Of a stretch of 64,000 nt of DNA, positions 51,655 to 63,149 are shown piece after piece. The translations under genes were made by a program, and so were the position numbers. The first letter of the stretch is position 1. Each line of letters begins with the position of its first letter. Below the pieces are notes generated by a model that saw nothing but the letters and a program-made list of their open reading frames with translations, did no database searches and was not told where the DNA came from. Origin of the DNA: Octopus sinensis (lineage: Eukaryota); the NCBI RefSeq assembly GCF_006345805.1, contig NC_043011.1, forward strand, positions 36,344,464 through 36,408,463. The letters are read 5' to 3'.

Positions 51655-51932
51655 GGTGGTGGCAGTGTTACTTGGTCCCCAAGGCCTCTCTGGTTGAATA
51701 GAGCTATGAGCAAAAATGTATTAATTGTTGTTTCTTGTTTTGATTTTGTTTTTCCCAACAGAGTGTATCCATGGTTTCATTATCAAAATGATCCTACCTT
51801 TCTCTTCCTTTCAAATATGGTACACAGTGAGACTGGGAGACAAATTTGGCTGTCATTTCTAGCAGGTCAAGTGTTTCCATCAAGGGCTTTTTTTTGCTGG
51901 CTTGTAATTATATATAGAATTATATTGTAAAA
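51434..51932 (-). repeat. Right arm of ~500-bp inverted duplication
   Basis: See 49769-50287. Confidence 0.95.
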
Positions 51933-52160
51933 AACGATGACACACACACACAAGCAGTGACACATACACACACACAAGGACACAAACGCATGTTCACATA
52001 AGGGTACACATCTTAGAAGAACAGAATGGAGTAAGTGGAGCAGGAAGACACATGAAAAAGAAAAGTGTCACTGAAGAGGACACAGGTGAGTGATGAAAAA
52101 TTTCTGGACAATGGACATGAGTTAAACAAAATAAATAAGAACAATAATGAACAATTGAAG

Positions 52161-52201
<41 letters not shown>

Positions 52202-52249
52202 TTATTTTGCAAAAAAGTAAACAAATAAATAAAATGACCCTTCTGAAAT

Positions 52250-52369
52250 ACATTCCCACTGCATGGCACCTTGGGCAAATGTTTTCTACTATAGCCTCGG
52301 GCTGACCAAAGCCTTGTGAGTGGGTTCGGTAGGCGGAAACTGAAAGAATCTCATTGTATAAATATATAC

Positions 52370-52414
<45 letters not shown>

Positions 52415-52453
52415 CATATATATACATACATACATACATATTACATATATATA

Positions 52454-52484
<31 letters not shown>

Positions 52485-52543
52485 ATATATATGCATATAT
52501 ATATATATCTAATTTAATATAATATAATATATATATGTATGTA

Positions 52544-52579
<36 letters not shown>

Positions 52580-52880
52580 TGCATACATATATACATATAT
52601 ATATACATATATGTATGTATGCATTTATTTATATATATATATGTATGTACGTATGTATTTGTGTGTCTGTATTTGTCCCCGCAACATTGCTTAAAAACCG
52701 ATGGAGGTGTGTGTATGTCCCCATCACTTAGCGGTTTGGCAAGAGAGACAAATAAAGTACTAGGCTTACAAAGAGCAAGTCGATTTGGGGTCGATTTGCT
52801 CGACTAAAGGTGGTGCTCCAGCATGCCCGCAGTCAAATGACTGAAACAAATAAGAAAATATAAGAATAAAAGAATAAAAG
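52250..52880 (+). mobile_element. SINE family A with expanded internal (TA)n
   Basis: Starts at the CCCACTGCATGGCACCTTGGGC block; tail GGTGCTCCAGCATG..TGACTGAAAC. Confidence 0.82.
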
Positions 52881-53057
52881 AATAATACTATATACGGGTG
52901 CTAGTATGGTCATGTGGTCATACAATTTATGTTGTTATCATGTGGTTCAGTGCTTGATCCTGTTGTATAGTGTGGTACCAAGGATTCTGTCTTCTACTGT
53001 AGGCTTCAGACCAACCCAAGACATTTGAGCTAATAATTCTCTTTCATTGAATGTCAG

Positions 53058-53163
53058 GTACACAGCTATCAGCAATCAGACTTCCATACCTTTCTGGCCT
53101 CACTAACAGAAACAGACAATAAATTTGAAGATAGGAAGGTGTTAGAAAACAGTACGAGATAAG
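53058..53163 (+). CDS. Candidate exon (VHSYQQSDFHTFLASLTETDNKFEDRKVLENSTR*)
   Basis: GCTAAT branch-like site, pyrimidine tract and CAG|G acceptor at 53057; TAAG|GTGAGT donor at 53164; one frame is open to a stop just before the donor. A second acceptor (CACTAACAG) ends at 53109. No homology support. Confidence 0.3.
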
Positions 53164-53189
53164 GTGAGTTTCACACTAAAATGTATCAT

Positions 53190-53600
53190 GGGCGCAGGAG
53201 TGGCTGTGTGGTAAGTAGCTTGCTTACAAACCACATGGTTCTGGGTTCAGTCCCACTGCGTGGCACCTAGGACAAGTGTCTTTTATTATAGCCTTGGGCA
53301 GACCAAATCCTTTTGAGTGGATTTAGTAGACAGAAACTGAAAGAAGCCCGTCATATATATGAATATATATATATGTGTGTGTGTGTGTTTGTGTGTCTGT
53401 GTTTGTTCACCCCAACATCGCTTGACAACTGATGCTGGTGTGTTTGCATCCCTGTAAATTAGCAGTTCAGTAAAAGAGATCTATAGAATAAGTTCTAGGC
53501 TTACAAAGAATAAGTCCTGGGGTGGATTTGCTCGACTAAAGGTGGTGCTCCAGCATGGGCACAGTCAAATGACTGAAACAAATAAAAGAATAAAAGCATA
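53190..53600 (+). mobile_element. SINE family A, full length
   Basis: Head and tail are conserved. Confidence 0.88.
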
Positions 53601-53974
53601 GTGGAAACTGCATTTTCTGATCTTCAGAATTGTTTCAGTTCTCAGATAATTTTTAACCAGTTGTGCCTAATACCAAACACGTAAGTGGGCCCCACCCCTG
53701 CTCACAGTTAAGATCATTTGGATAACGAAGTCAAGGATACACTGCAGTAAAAAGTCATAATTGGTCTCACAAAAGGAAAAAAATTGATGGGATGACCAGA
53801 GATAAATTTTTGCTTGGAAAGGCTTAGATTAGCTGGTCTTAGGAGGAGAGCTTACCTTCATATATCAGATCGATTATCGTTGTCATTGTCAATAATAACA
53901 ACAGCAAACTTTTTCATATATGTACCTTGAGATTAACTGCCCATTATAAATAGCTCTGTATATTGTATATATGT

Positions 53975-54275
53975 GAAGGCTCAATGGCCCAGTGGTTAGG
54001 GCAGTGAACTCATGGTCAGAGGATCGCAGTTTCAATTCCCAGACTGGGCATTGTTTGTGTTTATTGAGAGAAAACACCTAAAGCTCCACAAGGCTCCGGC
54101 AGAGGGTGGTGGCGACCCCTGTTGCACTCTTTCACCCCAATTTTCTCTCACTCTCTCTTCCTGTTTCTTGAGTAATGCTGCGATGGACTGGCGTCCTGTC
54201 CAGCTGGGGGGAACACATACGCCACAGAAACCAGGAAACCGGGCCTATGAGCCTGACTAGGCTTGAAAAGAGTGC
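53975..54275 (+). mobile_element. SINE family C
   Basis: TGGCCCAGTGGTTAGGGCAG head and GATGGACTGGCGTCCTGTCCAG core. Confidence 0.82.
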
Positions 54276-55042
54276 ATAAATAAAATATTGTATATATTTC
54301 ATACTCTGCTTTATTGATGAAATCAACTGATACAAATGAGATGGAAGGCAGAAAGCTGGTAGAAATGTTAGCATGTTGAGCAAAGTGGTTAGCAGTATTT
54401 CATCTTTTTTTACATTCTGAGTTCAAATTCCGCTGAGGTCGACTCTGCCTTTCATCATTTCGGGGTCGATAAATTAAGTACCTGTTGCATACTGAGATTG
54501 ATCTAATCTACTGGCCCCACTATATGTATATACGATGGGCTTCTTTCAGTTTCCATCAGCCAAATCCACTCTCAAAGGTTTTGCTGGCCTGAAGCTATAG
54601 TAGAAGACACTTGCCCAAGGTGACATGCAGTGGGATTGAACTTGGAACAAATGCGGTTGGGAAGAAAGCTTCTTACCACACAACCAGGCCTGTGCCTATA
54701 TTCTTTTGCCTCCTTTCATTATATATCTTCTCTTTCTCTCTCTTTCTCTGTTTCTTATTCACTTCAATTTCCTGTTTCTTACCAAATAGTCATTGCTTTG
54801 TCTTCACAAATAATTGAACAATTTCTAATATAAGTCTCAGTGGGCAAAAGCAACTCATCATCATTAAAAATAAGATCTGTTTTAATTTGTTCAATAGTTT
54901 TCTTACAAATTTACTTTCATAGTAAATCGATTGTTATGTTAAAGATGTGGATTTGCTTGTGTAAATGTAACCTTGATGATACATTTTTCTTCTGTTTTAT
55001 TGCCATGTGTATAAGTTGGAGATTTTTTCCCTATTTTTTTAG

Positions 55043-55268
55043 CTCTTTTGAGTTGCCAGAATTGGGTTTCCTACAAAGTTCCGCGGACTTCCTGGAAGTG
55101 TTTCGAAGATTGGACTTGCTGGAAAGTTCCGAGTGCTTCCTGAAAAGTTCCCAGAGTGTGGATTGCGTTGAAAGTTCCGAGGATGGCGACTTTCTGCAAT
55201 GTTCTGAGCATAGGGACTTCTTTGAAAGTCCCAATGATGGTGTTTCCTGGAAAGTTCCAAAGACTTAA
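55043..55268. other. Degenerate 21/27-bp repeat block (candidate terminal exon or STAT/kB-like motif cluster)
   Basis: About 8 copies of (C/G)AAAGTTCC-like units; open on both strands; preceded on the plus strand by TTTTTTCCCTATTTTTTTAG. Confidence 0.4.
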
Positions 55269-56039
55269 TAATTAAAATTTTCATTTCCAGTGGCCTAACG
55301 TGTAAGAATTTAGTCCAAAAGTCTATGTATTAGTCATAAAATACAGTGTACATTTAAAAACATAAGGAATCCACTCGTGAGATTCAACACATTTTCCATT
55401 TCCCTTTGATATGATTAAGTATTGTAAGTTTTTGGATAATTTTCGGTTTTAAATGTTGGCATTTTTTTATTGCCAGCGAAGGGCTGCATCTGCGCAGTAG
55501 ATTTTGAAAAAAAATAGGATGTATAAACAAGAGGCACATAGTTTGATCACCTCGTGTTTATATATTTAACCCAAGGTGTACCTGTTGAGGACAATTTCAC
55601 CAAGCGGGTAAATGTTATTTACTTGCTAAACTAAAATCAGAGACCAATTGGTCCAGGAAATTAGATGGTAAAATGTTTTAATTTTTTCATTTCATTCCTG
55701 TTGAATTTTATTCCTAAATTTGTGGTTATAGAACCTAGCTGTTCTTTCTAGCATGTTGAATCCCATGAGTGGATTCCTTATGTGTTTAAATGTACACTGT
55801 ATTTTATTATATATATATATATATATGATGGCCTTCTTTCAGTTTCTGTCTACCAAATCCATACACAAGGCTTTGGTTGGCCTGCAGCTGTGGTAGGGGG
55901 ACAAACAGACACACAAACATACACACACGCACGCATGCACACACATACACACATACAACAGGTTTCATTCAGTTTCCATCTATCAAATCCACTCACATAT
56001 AATACATAATATATATAATATATATGGATAAAGATAAAT

Positions 56040-56246
56040 ATGGCCTGTCTATGAGATAAACCTGGGATTCACATCAGTAAAACGCTTAGGTTTACAGTGT
56101 TTCTTCTGACCCTAAAACCTGCTGGCTTATAGAGGGGCCTCTTTCTAGAGAGGCCATAGCCCAGCGGGTTTTAGGGTCTGAAGAAATGCTGTAAAGTTAA
56201 GTGCTTTATAGATGTGAATCCTTAGGTAAGCCCATAGACCGGCCAT
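56040..56246. mobile_element. Palindromic MITE-like element (~100-bp imperfect arms)
   Basis: ATGGCC..GATTCACATC..TTTACAG..TTCTTC.GACCCTAAAACC.GCTGG pairs with its mirror around ~56143. Confidence 0.75.
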
Positions 56247-57447
56247 GCCTATTTTTACTACTATATTCTACTCCTCTACAACATATAGCATTTCTACTCA
56301 AAGTGGTGGTCTGTGGACTGGTGCCAGTCTGCGAGCCATCAGCTGTCGGTACATGGCACGTTTCCAGAAAAGAAACAATAGCACCTTTCACATTATTGAA
56401 GATTAAGATAATAAAATGCTAATGTAATATTGTATCATTTGTTTACAAAATAAATATAATATAAAGAAAATTGTCAACTTTTATTATATTCAGGATATAT
56501 ATTGCTTTTGGTATAAATTGATATTACTAAGAAATATTACCGGTCCCTGGCACATTGGGGAAAAAAAAGAACTGCCGGTACGCCACATTAGATAGTTTGA
56601 GAAGTAGTGGCTTAGAGTTTGTTTCTCTTTCAGATCTGTGATTTTCTGATGGTACAAGATATATATATATAAGATGTGTGTGCATGTGTGTGTGTGTGTG
56701 TGTGTGTGTATTAATATAAAATGGAAAATAGACAAGCAAAAATATTTGGGGTTGTCTGAGGATATTCACTTCATAGTAAATTATAGATGAAGTGCAAAGT
56801 ATAAAACAGCTTCAGTCGAATGAATGCAAAACAGATGAGTGGACAAACAAAAGAAAGAGGCACACCACACATTTAGTAAGAGCTATGTATTTTATTATTT
56901 AAAACAGTTTGATTCTGTGCTATATGACTCAAAGTTTCTTAGCAAAACTTAGCTCAGTTAACTGGACGGGGAGATGCAAAGAAGATGGCTACCAATAATG
57001 CAAATTTCCATTTTGATATTACCTAGAGTGGCAAAGTATATTTATTCATAACTCACAATATGACAGACAGCACTTTAGTTTGTGAAATAATTAGTTTAAT
57101 AATACCAATTCTTAGAAATGCTGTGAATATTACATCTGAGAATAAACGACGATGTTGATAATTTGTTTAAATAATTAGTTTGTAATACTTGTATTTATAA
57201 ATATTGCAAATAAAGCTATTTAGATTGATCTGAAAATCAACAGCTGTATGATGTATGAGAGGTTAATTAGCATTAATAACATGTAAGAGGTGAATTAGCA
57301 ATCATTAGAACATTGGAAGAAATGTCTTGCCATATTTGTTACAACTTTGTTCCGAGTTCAAATCCAGTTATGGTCAACATTGCCTTTTATCCTTCCGGAG
57401 TCATGTATAATGTACCAACCTACAGGGATAGACTTGTGGAGTTAGTA

Positions 57448-57697
57448 GAGCATCGAATGTAATACCTGGAGCATCGAATGTAATACCTGGAGCATCGAAT
57501 GTAATACCTAGAGCATCGAATGTAATACCTGGAGCATCAAATGTAATACCTGGAGCATTGAATGTAATACCTGGAGCATTGAATGTAATACCTGGAGCAT
57601 CGAATGTAATACCTGGAGCATCAAAAGTAATAATTGGAGCATGAACTGTAATACCTGGAGCATCGAATGTATACCCGGAGCATCGAATGTAATACCT
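57448..57697. repeat. 21-bp minisatellite, ~12 copies
   Basis: Unit GGAGCATCGAATGTAATACCT; reads as (DAPGITF)n on the minus strand only because 21 is a multiple of 3. Confidence 0.95.
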
Positions 57698-57774
57698 GCT
57701 CCATTGTCTTCTGTGTTCAAATCTCACTGAGGTTAACTTTGTCAATGGAATGAAATTAGCATAACCATCTAACC

Positions 57775-58516
57775 CAGTGGTTCCCAAACATTTTCAGGCT
57801 GCTGCCCCCTTGACAACCAGGCCACATCTTATCACCCCCACCACAACTAACCATCATGAGCATAGATATCTTTCTGCAGCAAATTCAAAGCAACCGTATT
57901 TCACAAATAAAAATTAACCTAACGTAAAATTTAACCTGTGTGGTAAGTAGCTTGCTTATGGACCACATGGTTCTGGGTTTAATCCCACTGCAGGGCACCT
58001 TGGAAAAGTGTCTTCTACTATAGCCTTGGACCAACCAAAGCCTTGTGAGTGGATTTGGTAGACGGAAACTGAAAGAAGCCCATCGTATATATGTATATAT
58101 GTGTGTGTGTATTTGTGTGTATTTGTGTGTATATGTTTGCATGTCTGTGTTTGTCTCCCCAACATCGCTTGACAACCGATGCTGGTGTGTTTACGTCCCC
58201 GTAACTTGGTGGTTTGGCAAAAGAGATCAATAGAATAAGTACTAGGCTTACAAAGAATAAGTCCTGGGGTCGATTTGCCCGACTAAAAGCGGTGCTCCAG
58301 CATGGCCACAGTCAAATGACTGAAACAAGTAAAAGAGTAAAAGAGTAAAGAGTAATGAACCCATTATTTTGTTGTTGCTACACGAATCCCCACCCTACTA
58401 TCACCCCAATTTTTACATGAATTGTTACCCCATTATCACTCCACTGTTCTTCAATGCCCCCTTGGAACTTCCCACCACTCCCAGGGGGGAAATACTGCCC
58501 ACTTTGGGAACCACTG
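57775..58516. mobile_element. hAT-type MITE with a SINE A (57935-58355, +) inserted inside
   Basis: Termini CAGTGGTTCCCAAA / TTTGGGAACCACTG; no matching TSD seen. Confidence 0.6.
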
Positions 58517-58601
58517 TGATTAGATCATCAAATAAATGTCTCGCAGTTTTAATTCCAGTTTCTTCCATTCTGAGTTCAATCCTGCTGAGTCCAACATTGC
58601 C

Positions 58602-59307
58602 TTTCATCTTCCTGGTCAGTCCATAAAGAACCAGCTTCAGGTGATGGACTGGCAGATTAGTAGAATATCAAGCGATATACCTTGTGGTATATATTCCAGA
58701 CTTTTAGATTCTGAGTTCAAATTTTGGTGAGATCAACTTGAACAGGAAGATAACCTAAAAGAGTTGTTAGATCACAAGAATAATGTCTGGCAGTTTTTAT
58801 TCTATTGTTTTATATTCTGAGTTCAAATCTTACAGAGGTCATCTTTAACTTTCATTATTTTGCAGTCAATAAATAAGTGCCAATATAGTGCAATATCCTA
58901 GCAGAACCATTGAAGCATAAAACAAAGGTTCTGAGTTCAAATCCTGCTGTAATCTACTTTAGTACTAGACTTAATCTGTCTTTTGATTTAATCCTTTGCT
59001 TGTCCTGTGTATCACTTCCAATATGTTAGATATATTTGCCTGGCATTCAGGCAACATATATGATACACATTCCCAATATGTTTTCAACCACTGCAGTAAC
59101 TTGGGACTTACAAACAAAGAGTTTTATTCTTGTGATCTAACAACTCTGTTAGGTTATCTTCCTGTTCAAGTTGATCTCACCAAAATTTGAACTCAGGATC
59201 TAAAAATCTGGAACAAATACCACAAGGTATATCATTTGATATTCTACTTATCTGCCAGTCCATCACCTGAAGCTGGTTCTTTATGGACTGACCCCAGAAA
59301 GATGAAA
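58602..59307. repeat. Inverted duplication, ~180-bp arms (58602-58783 / 59124-59307)
   Basis: GGTCAGTCCATAAAGAACCAGCTTCAGGTGATGGACTGGCAGAT.. and ..GAGATCAACTTGAACAGGAAGATAACCTAA are mirrored exactly, with scattered mismatches elsewhere. Confidence 0.92.
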
Positions 59308-59551
59308 TGTATGGAACAAGGGTGGTCTAACTAAAAGTCTGAAAACAAGCATGGACATTTAGGACAAACTTGATGTGAAAAGCAAAGGGTTAACACTGTC
59401 ATTAGGCCCTTAGGTGCCTATATCAAAATCTACTCTTTGCAAACATCTGGGTGAAGTTTCCTTCTTGAGGATAAATTCCTCTCATTGGTCTTGGAGGCTA
59501 AGTAAAGGGCCATGTGTCTTACCCTTTCCTCTCGGTTGTGATATAAATATT

Positions 59552-60008
59552 TATTTCTTTATTGTCCACAATGGGCTAAACATATAGGGGACAAACAAGG
59601 ACAGATAAAGGGATTAAGTCGATTACATCGATCCCAGTGCATTAATGGTACTTATTTAATTGATCACCAAAAGGAGGAAAGGCAAAGTTGACCTTTGGGG
59701 ATTTGAACTCAGAATGAAAAGACAGACGAAATACCGCTAAGCATCTCGCCCGGCATGCCAGCGTTTCTTATTTCTTTATTACTCACAAGGGGCTAAACAT
59801 AGAGGGGATAAACAAGGCCAGACAAAGTGTTTAAGTCAATTATATCGACCCCAGTGCGTCACTGGTACTTATTTAATCGACCCCCAAAAGGATGAAAGGC
59901 AAAGTCAACCTCGGTGGAATTTGAACACAGAATGTAAAAACAGACAAAAATTCCACTAAGCATTTCGCCCAGCGTGCTAACGATTCTGCTAGTTCACCAC
60001 CTTAAGTT
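59552..60008 (-). mobile_element. SINE family B tandem dimer with one TSD pair
   Basis: Two consecutive units flanked by ATATAAATATT (59541-51, 60009-19). Confidence 0.82.
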
Positions 60009-60534
60009 ATATAAATATTAAAGCAAAAATGAATAACAAAAGAAAAAAAAAAGCAGCATGGAAACAAAATGAGTCAAGTCTCCTGTTTGAGGATAAATTC
60101 CTCTCAATTAGTCTTGGAGGCTAAGTAAAGGGCCATGTATCCTGCCCTTTCCTCTTTGTTAAGTGATATAAATATTAAAGCAGAAGTGAATAACAAAAAC
60201 AGCATGAAAATAAAATGTGCCGACTGAACATTTCGCTTATAATGAATGTCCATATTTTCTGATTAACCAACAAATATCCAAGTGAGCAAAATAACACAAG
60301 AGATAACAGATAACAATGAGAATTCACCTACATATTCCTACTCTCAAATCTCATCGTTTCTATCTCAATACACAAAATTAATGTCAGACAACAAAAACAT
60401 TTGATGTGGAATAGCTTCCGACAAGGGAGTCTGGTTCAACAAAATCTAAACCTTATATTTAAATCATCATGATTGTCATTCTTCAGTGTTTGTTTGTTTG
60501 TTTTGTTTTGTGTTTTCTCTTAATATTTCTATAG

Positions 60535-60628
60535 CAAGGTAACTGGTTTTAAGCGCTCCCGTGTTTTTACTTGTATTATTGATTCTTCGTATTCCATGGC
60601 AATCCCCGATGAGATGACATGGCAAATG
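60535..60628 (+). CDS. Candidate internal exon (KVTGFKRSRVFTCIIDSSYSMAIPDEMTWQM)
   Basis: ~60-nt pyrimidine tract with CTTAAT and a TAG (or CAAG) acceptor; ATG|GTATGG donor at 60629; open frame; CpG-retaining; contains a hydrophobic-DSSYS motif. Confidence 0.33.
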
Positions 60629-61263
60629 GTATGGTGGTTGTTTTGGTAGGGTTGAGGAGAACCAAAGATTGGACAAATGAAGTGTTTAAAGAGACAGTAA
60701 TTTATTTGAGAGTGGAATGAATAGCCAAAATGGAGTTTGACCTGTTATGTTTATTAACCCATTGTGATTCCTTCCAATTAGAAGGAAGTGCTTGGCAAAC
60801 AATCAACTGAAATGGAAAATAATGGGATGCAAGCAAGCAGAAAAATGGTTCTGAATTAACTGACTATCCTCCCCCCCCCCACCACCATGCCCATACTCTG
60901 CTTTCAAATTCCATTTCTTTCATTTGCCCCCCCCCCGTAACTATTTCCTTTCTGTTGGTTCAGCATTAAAATCACACTGTTTTCTCTTTTTCCTTTTTAC
61001 TCCCTTTCTCTGTCTGTCTGTCTGTCTCTCTCTCTGTCTCTCTCTCTTTCCTTCTTATTCCCTTCTTCTATCACTCCCTCTCTCTATCACCACCACCACC
61101 ACCACCACTGCCACCACTGCCGCTGCCGCCGCCGCCGCCACCACCACTACCATCATCATCATCAGAATGGCAACTCCCATAATTTTCCAGACTCTCTGAG
61201 TTTGATGGGGTTGATGTAGAATGTATGTGTGCATGTGTTTGTTTCCATATGTGTGTATGTGTT

Positions 61264-61294
<31 letters not shown>

Positions 61295-61295
61295 A

Positions 61296-62544
61296 CACAA
61301 GGTGCATTCCAGAAGGTTCAAGACATTTTTTTAGGAGAAACAGTTATAACTGTCCCTAGATTATTGTAAATGTAGTATACTGTTACTGTACATCCAATAA
61401 GCTGACCTGCCACTATTTTTATCCCCGATTGAAGGAAACAGCTGTAACAGAATTTTGAATACTCCCTACTAAACATAGCTTGTCATAGCTGACTAGTATG
61501 CAGAATGTAGTCAGGATATGAAAGCAGATTGGAAGCTTCGTATGCAATAAAGTTTTGCATTAAACTGGGGAAAAATGCTACAGGAACTTATGAGAGGGTC
61601 CATACTGCTTATAGTATAATTTGCATAGATGAGCTTCTGGTTTTATTTTTTTTGTTGGTGTGAGAGGTTCAAAGATGGTAAAGATGATAAGAAGTGTGGG
61701 TGAGAAAGGAACATCAGAGCTGGTTGAGAAAACTCACAATTTTCTGAATGAAGATTGTCGTGTGTCTATAAAGATGGTAAATATATAGTTTGGAGTTGGC
61801 GTGGCAACTGTACAGAGAATTATTCATGAAGATCTGAAAAAGGCACAAAATTTGTGCGAAGTTTGTTTACTGAGTGCTCAGTGACAAACAGAAGGAAATA
61901 TGTGTTGGTAACAGCAGGGAAATGGTTGAGCTCATTACCCCTAATCCAAGAGTAATTGATTCTCTGTGGATCTGTGGTGAAAGCTGGATCTACTGTTATG
62001 ATCCAGAAACCAAAAGACAGAGTGCCCAATAGAATCATCATGGCTTCCCCAGACCTAAGAAAGCCAGGCAGAGCAAGTCCACTAGGAATTTTATGATGAT
62101 CCCCCTCTTTTGACTGCAAAAGCATCATCTACATTCATTGAGTTTCCTCTAACCAGACAGTCAACGAAGAGTACTTTGTAGAGATTTAGGGGGAAGTCAG
62201 GAAGAGATTTTGCCACAGAGGGTCAGAGAGCCTCTACCTGGGTTGGTGGCACATGCACAAGGACAATGCCTCAGTCTACAATTCCATCCTGGTGTTCATT
62301 TACTTGAGAGAGATTGACATCAAAGCTGTTCCTCACCCTTCCTATAATCCAGACCCTGCTCCCTGTGACATTTGGTTGTTTCTCAAGGTGAAGGAGACCC
62401 TCTTTTGAAGACAAAGTGGCTGGAGCACAACAACAAGTGTATTGAAGTCAGAGGGTTCTCCTTCGAAGGTAATTAGACTTTTTTTTTGAAATCTATAAAT
62501 GTTTGTCCTGTTCATATCTCAAAACTTCTGGAATTAACCTTATG
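61296..62544 (+). mobile_element. Mariner (DD34D) DNA transposon, full length but pseudogenised
   Basis: ~30-bp imperfect TIRs (CACAAGGTGCATTCCAGAAGG / CTTCTGGAATTAACCTTATG) with TA at 61294-95. Motifs YAIKFC.KLGK.A, ESWIYCYDPETKRQS, HKDNAS and HPSYNPDPAPCDIW; 34 residues separate the 2nd and 3rd Asp. Confidence 0.93.
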
Positions 62545-62739
62545 CATGCGTGTGTGTGTGTGGTTGTGTGTGCGTATACACATATATCATCACCACTTGC
62601 GCCACCACCACCACTGCCACCACCACCACCACTGCCACCACCACCTGCGCCGCTGCCACCACAACCACCACCACCATCACAACCACCACCACCATCATCA
62701 TTATTTTGACATTCTTTTTTTTCATGTTGAAATGGGTTA

Positions 62740-63090
62740 AATGTAGCCATGGTGGAGCACTGCCTTTTTAGTCGAGCAAATCGGCCCCAGGACTTGTTCT
62801 TTGTAAGCCTAGTACTTATTCAATCAGTCTTTTTTGCCGAACCACTATGTTACAGAGACGTAAACACACCAGCATCGGTTGTCAAGTGATGTTGGGGGGA
62901 CAAACACAGACACAAACATATACACACATGTACATACATATATATATATATACACACATGCATATATACGACGGGCTTCTTTCAGTTTCCACCTACAAAA
63001 TCCACTCACAAGGCTTTGGTCGGCCTGAGGCTATAGTAGAAGACACTTGCCCAAGCTGCCAAGCTACTTACCACACAGTCACTTCTACGC
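62740..63090 (-). mobile_element. SINE family A with internal deletion in the head
   Basis: The tail and body are conserved; the B-box part of the head is missing. Confidence 0.8.
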
Positions 63091-63149
63091 CTATATACGA
63101 ATATATAGAAAATTTAACTTGCTAACCACGAAACAGTGACTATGACCTT

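Noticed and set aside
51762-51819. Exon-like segment (strong acceptor, VYPWFHYQNDPTFLFLSNM) inside the inverted-repeat arm
   Set aside because: The donor is weak, the same sequence exists inverted in the other arm, and part resembles a dispersed repeat (similar text near 53710); unsupported.
56787-56875. Open 89-nt segment between AG and GTAAGA (EVQSIKQLQSNECKTDEW..)
   Set aside because: The pyrimidine tract is poor and there is no recognisable homology; expected by chance in AT-rich DNA.
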